In this document: positions 53,483 through 64,000 of the stretch, in pieces
How positions within the stretch are numbered: the first letter of the stretch is position 1
Layout of the letters: the number at the start of each line of letters is the position of its first letter
NCBI RefSeq assembly: GCF_006345805.1
Contig: NC_042997.1
Span: 50,344,001 to 50,408,000, forward strand
DNA length: 64,000 nucleotides
From: Octopus sinensis
Taxonomy: Eukaryota
Direction: 5' to 3'
The notes under the pieces: generated by a model
Told to the model about the DNA's origin: nothing
What the model saw: the letters and a program-made list of their open reading frames with translations, nothing else
The model's database searches: none
Made by a program: the position numbers and the translations under genes

Positions 53483-54694
53483 GACTAGAAACCGTTTTTA
53501 GATATTTGTTGTTAGTGAGTCCTGGTTACGCGGTGGCTTAATTCTACAACACAACAAATGATTCTATCTTTATTAAGCACAACCCTTGCATATTTCAATG
53601 ACTTCCCCTGATGTGTGTGTTTGTGTGATTTCCGAGAACAAGTTATGAAAGTGTCGTAGTTATGAAAATATAATGGTTTTCCCTCCTCTTCTCACATGAA
53701 TATAAGTTTCAAGCCACATTTAAGTATTCGATAGTCATTCTAACATCATTGTTTTGATTCTGTTTTGCTCGTAGTAATTAGTAGAATTAATGCTAATTAG
53801 TAGTAGAATACTTAATTAGTAGCAGAATACTTTTCTTGTTTCCTTTTATTCTATGAAAAACGTAATTATATATTTTTCAATGAATATCATGACAAAATCA
53901 TTTTCATAAATGCAGTTTAGGATATTAAACTATATACGCGTTTTAAAATTACTCCTTTATTTGATTTAACTTCCTCAGTTGAAGACTTAAGATATAAATC
54001 TTTCTAAACGAGTCCAGCTTTGAAACAAAGGTCTTCTCCGATCTCTCTTCTATTTCCTTTCATTTTTCTATACTGCTATGGTTTATACATAACTTTGACA
54101 AACTTCACTCTGACTTAGATTCACTAACTATCCATGACTTGTACCAATGAAATTTAAAGATATAGGACCATTCGTGTATAGGTTCTGGAATAGAGAAAGC
54201 TATAGTATGCTTAAATCTAAATATATTTATAACTTCACTCAATAGTTAACCTTGAAGCTTGATAAAGACGACAGAAGGAAAAGAAGCTTTTCATAAATTC
54301 AATTCAGGACATTAAACTTTAATGGGATTTGAACTTTCACCGTAATATACTTTACACTGAACAATAAATATTTTTTTTTATCTCGAATGGAAGAAAAATA
54401 TTCAACTAGATGTAAATAATAGGGAAACGAAAACTGATACGTCATACGACTGGTAAGCAAAAACACTATATTAATCATAGGGAAAAGTTCGATCTCATTT
54501 GAATCAAGAATCAAATGGACGACAATTCTTGTCCTCATTTCTGACTAGAAACAGTTTTTCCCTATTTGTTATTGGTGAGTCCTGGTTACGTAGTGGATTA
54601 ATTCTACAACACAACAAATGATTTCATCCTTATCAAACAAAGCCCTTGCGTATTTCAATGACCTCCCTTAATATGTGTTTGTGTGATTTCCGAG
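53483..54694 (+). repeat. Diverged ~150-bp direct repeat pair (53483-53635 and 54543-54694)
   Basis: GACTAGAAAC..GTGAGTCCTGGTTACG..TTAATTCTACAACACAACAAATGATT..GTGTGATTTCCGAG in both copies. Confidence 0.85.
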
Positions 54695-54933
54695 TGAAAA
54701 AAATATGAAAGTTTATGCGTCCTAGAATTTGTAGAAAGGCGGAACATTTTACTTGTACTTGTTCAATACTAGGAATACTGTTGTATTGCAAGAGGCTTTC
54801 CTTCATATTTATTGTGTATATCTTGGTTCTTTAGAATAAAACTGTCATTGAAGAAGAATCTTTGCGTTGAAGAATCTTCGCAATTGGGTTTTATTGTTTG
54901 TTTTTTTGCATGGAAATGATGTGTTTTGTATAT

Positions 54934-55148
54934 CCTTTCTAGTTTAGGTACAAGGCCTGAAATTTGGTGAGGAGGGGACTAGTCAATTACATTGATCCCA
55001 GTACTGAACTGGTACTTAATTTATCGACCCCGAAATGATGAAAGGCAAAGTCGACCTCGGCGGCATTTGAACTCAGAACGTAGTGGCAGACGAAATGCGG
55101 CTAAGCATTTCGCCCGGCATGCTAACGATTCTGCCAGCTCGCCGCCTT
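54934..55148 (-). mobile_element. SINE copy with the alternative tail
   Basis: Complete head and central domain. Confidence 0.9.
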
Positions 55149-56782
55149 AAAAATGATGTGTATATCAAGAGTAAGATGATGTAGGTTGCGTGTGAATGTG
55201 AAAAATATATATAGTTTATGTATATACTTAGAAATAATAGAGAATATGTAATAGCCAGTGTCAATTGAGCTTAGAATGGAAAATGTGGGAAACATAATCC
55301 ATGCATGAGAAATAATTAAGTTGACAGAATTGGGTTCTAAGAGAACCCAGACATCACATGCTACGATGGAATGGTTTGACTGGATACTTTCGGTCATGAA
55401 AATTACATAAATAGTAAGTGAACAACTATCATAAGCGGCTCTTGTAACACAATGTTTTGAAGATATTGTTAAATACCAAGAACAACGAGGATATCCTTTT
55501 CCTAAATTACACATCACACACTGATAGTGTATCCTAGAAAAGAGGATCTCTGGGAGCTCTGGCTCTTTAGAAAACTGGTGAAGTCACAGAGTAAAACAAG
55601 GGTCTGAAAGTAAGTTGTCTTTAACCATCTTCTCCACCATAAAATGGTGAAATTGATGGCAATTCATCAATACTTTGAAGCGCCCGTAAAATCGCACCAT
55701 ATCCAAAAAGAAAAAAGACACTTCTTAATGTTCCGATAAATGAAGAATTGTCAACTATATATTTGTTTGTTATATTTTCAGAGCTAGAATTGCTAGGGTA
55801 AATTTCTTTATCCAGCGCCCAGTTTTCCAATGTGCCAATCACCGTATTTGAACGTTTGCTACTTGTCATTAGACTACCACACTATCCCTTCTCCGAAATT
55901 TAACTGATTACAACATCTCTAAAAGAAGTATTCGCACCGATAGTAGCAATCAATCAAAACTTATTTTTTCCATAATATTTACATTATTCTGGAATGTTAA
56001 AATCAACATCCTAAAAATGTATGAAACGCTCAATTCATTTTGGTTCTTTATATGGATAGTTTATGGCTATGTCGAAAGAATTTAAATCCATGGAGACAAT
56101 GATACATTCCAATTCGCAGCATTCTGAGTTATTTAACTCGGTGAACAAATAATTATACCAGAATGTTTCGAAAAATATGCAAAATATATCGGTCATTTAT
56201 TTGTTTTCATATTTTCTATTCAACGCCCAACAATTACTTTAATAAAATATAGGTCACAATGAAACACTATAGGAATTTCACAAAAATATATTGCTACTCT
56301 TTACCACGTCAAGAAAAGTTTTAGGTATTGTGCTTGTTTTATCTTCATACTATAAAACGGTAGAAACAGACACCACTGGTCGATAGCTATTTCATCTAGA
56401 AAACTAGACACTGAAGATTAAGAAATACTAAGAAACTGTCCTTCGTCAATTGGAACTCCCCCTTCACCGAGTTTTAAATGCTGCTCTGCAAATAGTTCAG
56501 CTTATTGATTTTTTGAAGGCCTCGATCTCATATAATAAAAAAGTGTTGTAGTACTGCATTATTTTTTATGAGACAAATTAGGCAATAGCATAATAGCTTC
56601 CCTGAACCAGGTAGTTTAATTTTGCCCGAGAAAGAAACGATAGAATTTCGACTTTATATATATATAAAGTGAGAGAGAGGGAGAGAGAGAGAGAGAGAAG
56701 CATAATAGCTTCCCCCGAACCATTTACTTTCCTTTTGCTGGACAAACTAACATAGAAACTAACATACAAACAGAATCTTTCT

Positions 56783-56874
<92 letters not shown>

Positions 56875-56876
56875 AC

Positions 56877-56967
<91 letters not shown>

Positions 56968-56970
<3 letters not shown>

Positions 56971-57420
56971 TTAAAATAGTGTACATTTAAACACAAATGA
57001 AAACTACCCTTTAACAAGTAAAATTTACATGCTAGAAATAGCAGCCAACACGGCCAAAACCACGATTTAATAGCAATTTTCGAAGGAATTGAAAAATAAA
57101 AACTTTTACCTTGTTATTTTTATTAGCGGTTATACCATGGTTTCGAATTTCTTTAGCAAATAAGATTATTTTTATTTTTCAATTCCTTCGAAAATTGCTA
57201 TTAAATCGTGGTTTTGGCCCTGTTGGCTGCTATTTCTAGCATGTAAAAATTAGCTGTTAAAGGGTAGTTTTCTTTTGTGTTTAAATGTACACTATTTTAA
57301 AATATGAATATGTTGTCTACTGACTATTTATACATGCTAGGCCACTGGTGGTGATATTTATAACGAATATTCGCTACCCTATATATGTATCTTATGTATA
57401 TATATATATTTATATATCAG
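56968..57420 (-). mobile_element. Fold-back element, Penelope-like inverted pLTR
   Basis: Arms 56968-57102 and 57169-57303; the loop on the minus strand has GAAACCATGGTA (57144-57133). Confidence 0.7.
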
Positions 57421-58626
57421 CGCCAAGTAGTGTTTAGGCATAACCGAACTTTAGGTTAGTTAAAATATGTTTGTGACATAATGTATGTATGTATGTATGT
57501 ATGTTGATGTGTGTGTATGTGTGCGCGCACGCGTGTGTGTATACGTAAGTTCCTTCTTTATCTCGCATTACAGATGAAGAAGCCAGAGATTCAATATGAC
57601 TGTCTTGTATAAGCCGGCGAGAAAAACTATGAGAGAATGAATTGTATTTTCCTTGCCGTTAGCTTTAATAATTCTATTTAAAGTTATTGGATTTTTTTCA
57701 TGCATGTCACGTAATCGCCTTTTTTTCATGACCTTCTCTAAGGTTTTGTGTCGATATAATAGAAACGTCAATTTACTTTTCATATAGTCTGGCCTGTGTT
57801 GTGGACTGGAAGTAAATCCAAATTCGAGTGTGTTGTAAACGTGATTGAGAAAGTCATGACTGGGTACACAGTAAGGGAGTTATTAATCATGTAAATCTAT
57901 GATCAAAGACATTATACAGTTAGAAGCACCCATTCTTTTGGGAGGTATAGAATACAATACCTTGTGTGTATTTTCCTTTCTAGAATAAGGATAACATGTA
58001 ATATGGGGGAAGGTGTCTCTTTTAGTGCTTTTAGCAGGTCAAGCGGCTGAGTGAAACCTTTCTAGAAGATTAGCAATACCTTGATGTGCATCACAAATTA
58101 TCGATAATTAATGAGAAAAGAATTATTTGATGTTTAAACTTTATTTGCTTCACTTATTACCTAGACACCGAATCTGACATTAACATAACTCTCAAATTAC
58201 CTTCGTTTCTGTTATACATTTTACTAGCTCCAGCCATTGAAATGCAGACACGCAGTGGCAACTGCCTTCAAGAAACTTAGTCAAATATATTTCGTCATTC
58301 ATAAAGTCAGATTTTAGAAAAACAATTAATGGACAAGTAATAATGAGAAAATTAGAAAACAATTTTTAAGCTACTGAAAAATTTTATTCTCTGATTAAAT
58401 ATTTCATGAGGCACTCATTATATTTGATTTTTTCTACGATTACTAGATAAAATAAACAATTCGTTTTCTTCAGATACTTTCGACCTAATATCAGAGGGAG
58501 TTTCTGGGGAAGAATTTCAAATCCAGACATTTTACTAAGGGCAACGGTAGAAATTGAATGCTAGTTCTAGAGTTGTTAAAATTTAAAAATTATCGTCTCT
58601 CTTTTTCTCTTTTATACTAAATTATA

Positions 58627-58770
58627 TTTTTTTGTCAAATGTTGTTAATGTTTCTAAGATAATTTTTTTGTCAAATGTTGTTAATGTTTCTAAAATAATT
58701 TTTCCTGAAATGTTGTTACTTTTTCTGAATTTTTTTTTTCCTGAAATGTTGTTAGTTTTTCTGAAATAAC
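58627..58770. repeat. Minisatellite, about four copies of a 31-38 bp unit
   Basis: TTTTTT(GTC/CCTG)AAATGTTGTTA..TTTCT repeated. Confidence 0.8.
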
Positions 58771-58849
58771 TATCGGTTTATTTGTAAATTTAAGGACATG
58801 TTGCTTTTTACTTTGCATTCTTCTATTTAGGCTATTTATTCAAACTAGC

Positions 58850-59900
58850 AGTGAAGATATTCACAATAATATTATACATTTATTTCTTTAAGAAAATTTA
58901 AACTCTTTTCAGAGTTCGTACACACGGTTGAAACCTTCCGTCTTGGCGTCCGACTATCTGTGCTGCGAATCCACGTCAATAAAAAATTTCTCAAACAAAG
59001 GAATATTTAATGGACTGCTTTTAATGACAGTAAACATTTCGACAAGTTGTCATAGAAGTTGTTAAAACCTAAATAATTTTTTCTACCAACGCCTTTCTAT
59101 GTAGAAAGCAATGAATTGCAATAACAACCTCATTCTGATTTTTACACCTGTTATAAGCTCTTTCAAACAGTCGACTACATGGAGAACTCTGTCGGTACAT
59201 GATATCCATGATTCCTATTTAAAATATGATTCCTAATTAAAATATGAAGTGTTTTCACCCTTTCTATGTACCTGGCATTTATTTTCCACAGAATTTAATA
59301 TACTGCTTGAGCTACATTAATTTAACGAGCAATTATTTAAATAGCTGATCTTTATAATGTCGGTAGTTGACTAAATAAACATTTACAAAGTGAAATTTCA
59401 ATGTTTGAAACATATGACAACATCAAATTTCCTCGATGTCAGAAAGCAATTTCAAACTATGACAACAAACTGTATTGCAGAGAGAAACTTTACTTATATT
59501 TAATTCGCTTTTGATCTATTAACATTGCCTTAGCAATCTTTCTGCTGGCAGACAAAATAATTGACTACAGCAAAAGAAGAGATTTTATATTGTTCATTTA
59601 TTTATTTTTGTAACCATTTCAACTATTTCATTAGAAACGATCGGAGTCGTTTCAAAAACTGCTACGACACATTTAAAAAGATTTTCTTGTTTGGTCTGTT
59701 CGTTCTGACAATCTTTTAAAATAATTTGATATTTTTCCTTAAAGCTAGGAGTGTTTAATTTTAAAATGTCTAATTAATATTGATTCTTTTGAAGAAGTTT
59801 AGATAATAGTCGTCGTTTTTACGATTAGTTTCAGTTTGAACATTGCGGCTTTGGCAATATGTTGTATTTGAAACTTACTCATTATAGGATTCGCGTTCAT
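58850..59900 (-). pseudogene. Decayed hAT transposase (Buster/Charlie-like)
   Basis: Minus-strand fragments in the expected order: PKPQC..RHFKIKH, IILSASRKIAKAM, STTDI, CTD, IHCFLHRKAL, IKSSPLNIPLFEKF, FNRVYEL. Confidence 0.75.
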
Positions 59901-59912
59901 CAAAGCAACACG

Positions 59913-59977
<65 letters not shown>

Positions 59978-60732
59978 GCATGCGCGGTGGTGGGTTACTG
60001 TGTGTGTGTGTATTTCAATATACAATCATATATACACCCGCTATTATATTTAGAAAATTAGTATTGCTCGCTTTGATAAATCGTATATATTTTCTGTTCT
60101 TTGGTATTTCAACATACACAACACATTCTGAATCTAGCCGAAAGAAAATACTTTCCTTTCTCTATCCTTTTGATATTTAATTATTGCTTTGATTCGTAGA
60201 ATTCAGTTTTGATGTTCCCATCATTTTCATTAAATTTTGCTCATCTATCTTATTGCTGGTTTCTCCGTTCTTCACGATTTCACATTTGTTCCTGCTCTTG
60301 TAATAATTTTCTTCACATACTAATCCGAGATATGTCTTTCTGGAAACCGCATAGGATTGTTGTCTTTGAAGCAATTTTCTTCCTTGTTAATGCTAATGAA
60401 AGTGATATAGTCTCTTTACCGTTTATATAGTGGGGGATGCAGTGAGTCCTTATCGTTTAACAACCGAGCTTTCTCCTGAACCCAGAGTCTTCATACTAAA
60501 TTGTAGATATGTCGTTTCAAAAGAAGCAGTCGGTAGCTGTTTCGATAACAGGACGTGAGAGGAGGAGGGCGTTATTTGGCCTACATTTCCCAACGACCTA
60601 CATTCGAATGCTTCGTTATTTGTTTAGGTTCTTTTCTTGAAAACATACGTTATATCGATCTCAATAGTTCTCTTTTCTTTTTCGAAAACTTTCAACTGGT
60701 TTTAAGACAAAGAATAATTATTCTAACTGCTT

Positions 60733-60782
<50 letters not shown>

Positions 60783-60798
60783 CTGATATATATATATA

Positions 60799-62478
60799 TT
60801 AGCAGAAATACCCGGCGTTGCCTGGGTTAAAGAGAATAATGAAATTTAAGTATGCTTTTTGAATCTGTAGGAAAAATGAGAAATAGATAATGCCGTTCTC
60901 AACAGTAATTAGCTGAGGTACAAACTATTAAGTGTTTTATCCGATGTTCTCACTGTTAAAATTGTTAAAGAAAATCAGGTAGTTCTTTGTCTTTGCAATC
61001 ACCTTCAATTATCAGTACTTATTTGAAAGACGTGGAACCTGAAAATGCATAAATTTGAGAAGAACCGGTCAGTAAGTACATTTAACAAAAATTCTATCAG
61101 ATGACGTGAGTGTCAACAAATGTATTGAAACAAATCCGGAAACCAATCACAGTTTAATTATCTGGAGCTTCTAAATATATGATGTTTTGAGTGTGACCTT
61201 TAATTAGTGTATAAATGAAAAGATTTGGGGGACTTCCAGCTCGCGATCATCCTACATATAATTGCCCATGAGAGCAACAAGGTGAAGTCCAACAACCATG
61301 AGAGACTGTTCTTGAGACTCGTTTATTGACATAGCGAAATTTAGTTTCACTGGGAACTAGAACCGTTTAAATTCAAAGGGGAGGTCATATGGGATTAACG
61401 GGATCCGTGGAATGAAGACGTCCCCACCCAGTCATAATTGTTGCCTCTAGGACATGGGGTCGCATCGCTTTTGCCACCAGTTTGGTGCCATTGCACCGAC
61501 GAGGTGGATCCAGATTCCTGAACAGCATGGTTGGGGCCCCCTTTTAAAGTTTTGAGTGGTGAGGTAGCATCCCAGATGGCTGTAGAGAGTTCAGGAACTC
61601 AGATGGAAAAAATACAGCCTGGTCCTGATCAATGACAATTTCGAGCAATTTGAAAGACTATTCTTGTCTGGGCAACAGCTTCAAGAGATCCCAGTTGATT
61701 TTGTTGACAGCTGCATTATGTGGAGCTAAGCTGGCTTGCTCACAGACCCATTCACTGTTGCTAAAAAATTGTGCAATGTTTGGGAGCACATGTATTATGA
61801 GATCATTGACAGTTGGTACCATCTCACCACAGGCATTCTGCCCCCACCCCACGACTTTGAATGATCATGACTTTCAGAAAAACGGATATTTTTAAATAAA
61901 ATTTTCTACGAATATGTTATATCATGTAGATTACGAATATGCAAAATTTTGTAGGGAAGTATTTTAGGAGGGGTGGAGAAGATTTTCGGAATATTCACTG
62001 ATGTCCACTTGAAATTGTTTTAACTTTCATGAAAATGGATATTTTCAAATGAAATTGTCCACAAATACACCTCGGATTATATAGATTCGAAGCATATAGG
62101 ATTTGGGGAAAAAACAATTAGAGGTTATTTTTGTGAACTGTTCCCTACTGGGGGGTGGGGGGGGTTTGGAACAAGTCGTCCATATTTGTTTCAGTTTCTC
62201 CATTTTGTGCGTTTGTGCATCCGTATATAACCCTTTACCCTAGTCGTAAAATTTCGGGAAAAAAATTGAAAAGTTAAGGAGAGGGTGTATTTAAAAGTCT
62301 AAAAGTAGATTTTTTTGCATATTCAGAATCTCTCTTGGTAATAAGGTCGGAATCCGTAGAAAAAAAAAGCACAAAGGGGTGGCATGCTTATTCTCAGTGT
62401 CTTCCCACACACACATATGTATAATGAAAAAGTTCAAACGGGAAATTATTCCATTCAATATCAGGTTTATTATAGAGA
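60799..62478 (-). mobile_element. Non-autonomous Helitron retaining a PIF1-like helicase C-terminal fragment
   Basis: 5' A|TCTCTATAATAAA at 62478; 3' hairpin CCCAGGCAACGCCGGG then CTAA|T at 60799; 61230-61850 encodes LAPHNAAVNKIN, FPSEFLNSL, MLFRNLDPPRRCNGT, FPVKLNFAMSINESQ and SHGQLYV. Confidence 0.9.
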
Positions 62479-62737
62479 TTATATAACAAATTTTAAGTTA
62501 CACTTCTATATTTAACTGTGCGTGTATATTCCTGATTTTTGCTTCTGGTGTCTTTTACCTTTCTATTAGAAACGTTTACCTGGGAATTTACTTAAAGTGA
62601 GAAAAAAATTGTATGCAACAGATAAGTTGTCTTAATAACATATAGCTGTGTACCAGACATTTAGCTGTTATTTTTAGCATGAGTTTTCTGGTGAGGACTT
62701 CATTTGCCTTCATCGCTTGTTGCTTCAGTAGAAATCT

Positions 62738-63122
62738 ACGGATGCACAAACACACGAAACAGAGAAAATGTAAGAAAATATGAACGACTTGTTCCGAAAC
62801 ACCCCCGAGTGGGGAACAGTTCTCAAAATTTACTCCCAATTGTTTTCCCCAAAAATGTCTATATGTTCGAAATCTACATAGTCCGAGGTATATTTGTTGA
62901 TAATTTCATTGAAAAATATTCATTTTCCTGAAAGATAAGCGAACTGAAGTGGACACCGGTGAATTTTCCGAAAATCCTTCCTCACCCCGCCAAAACAATT
63001 TCCCCCCGAAATTTTGTATATTCGGAATGTACATGATATACCACATTTTCGTAGAAACTTTTATTAAAATATATCTATTTTACTGAAAGTTATGATTATC
63101 CAAAATCGGTGGGGCAAAAATC
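62738..63122 (+). mobile_element. Diverged inverted copy of the Helitron internal segment 61835-62224
   Basis: TACGGATGCACAAAC..GACTTGTTCC..GGGAACAGTTC..TTCGTAGAAA is the reverse complement of the matching Helitron region. Confidence 0.8.
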
Positions 63123-63945
63123 CGTACTTAAGCCCTTGTGTGTGTGTGTGTGTGTGTGTATGTGTGTGTGTGTGTGTGTGTGTGTATGTATGCGCGCGCG
63201 CGTGTGTGTGTGTATACCTGTGTGTTTGCATCCTATTTCTCCGCTTTATACTAGTGTTCAGGGAAAAGTAAATACTTTTTTCTCCAAGCGGCGCCTCTTG
63301 AATACTAGGATTGAGATTGGTTTTTCATGTGGTCAAGCATGTAAATAGTCTCACAAAACTACCATTAGATATTTTATTACCATAAATAAATCAATTATAC
63401 ACGAAAGCTACTAGTACTCTAAATCGGACGGTATTTCATTTAGTACTTTGATAACTGTAAAGAATTTTAAAATTCTTAGCGGATATCCTATAAATATTAG
63501 ATATTATATTAAATATTAACATCAAAATATTAATACTTCATCTTATATACGAGGAAGGTAACTGATTTTTCATGTATTCACGCATGTTTATGAGTATTAA
63601 AAAAAAATACCATCGGATATAATTTTATAAACTATATGTTAAAACTACTTGAAATTTGAATTTGTTGGTACTTCACGTTTTATTACATTTGCATCTGTAA
63701 ATATAAGCATTAAAGAATGTTTAGTAGATATAATATTGACATAAAAATATTAAATGGCAAAAATTGCATTAAGTTTCCTATTCAGGTGACGGTACCATTG
63801 TGGCTTGCTATAAATTCAATTAAGCACGTTTCTCATGAATATGTAGTTGATATTTTACAATATAATTTATTAAACTAAGAGATCAACGTATTGATTTATA
63901 GTGATTGTAACTTTAGTAATTTTAGTTTATATACATATATATATT

Positions 63946-64000
63946 TTACGGAGATGTACTTGCATAGCGAGTGACTTGATCTGAGATCGTGTGCTGGAAC
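63946..64000. mobile_element. Second copy of the element at 1665-1988 (runs off the window)
   Basis: TTACGGAGATGTACTTGCATAGCGAGTGACTTGATCTGAGATCGTGTGCTGGAAC is identical to 1672-1726 and also preceded by (TA)n. Confidence 0.9.

Overview
AT-rich eukaryotic DNA, intronic or intergenic, saturated with repeats. The SINE families, TTAGGG telomere-type repeat and microsatellite load suggest a mollusc, probably an octopus (inference). No intact host gene is evident; nearly all listed ORFs are microsatellite artefacts. Recognisable content: about 25 copies of a tRNA-derived SINE family, several as head-to-tail multimers; three other tRNA-derived SINE types; a 5'-truncated CR1/L2-group LINE; two Tx1/L1-like and several R4/Dong-like retrotransposon remnants; decayed Penelope-like RT; two deleted mariners; a hAT (Buster/Charlie-like) remnant; two non-autonomous Helitrons; and a ~6 kb (AAT)n tract. 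The most unusual signals are (1) a MITE with ~265-bp TIRs, an 8-bp TSD and a (TTAGGG)n core, (2) SINE multimers always joined at the same nucleotide, with a tail resembling the local Tx1-like LINE ends, (3) many unrelated fold-back elements carrying degenerate minimal hammerhead-ribozyme motifs, and (4) a tiny element with a perfect tRNA-Trp primer-binding site. Coordinates and alignments were read by eye, so boundaries are approximate.
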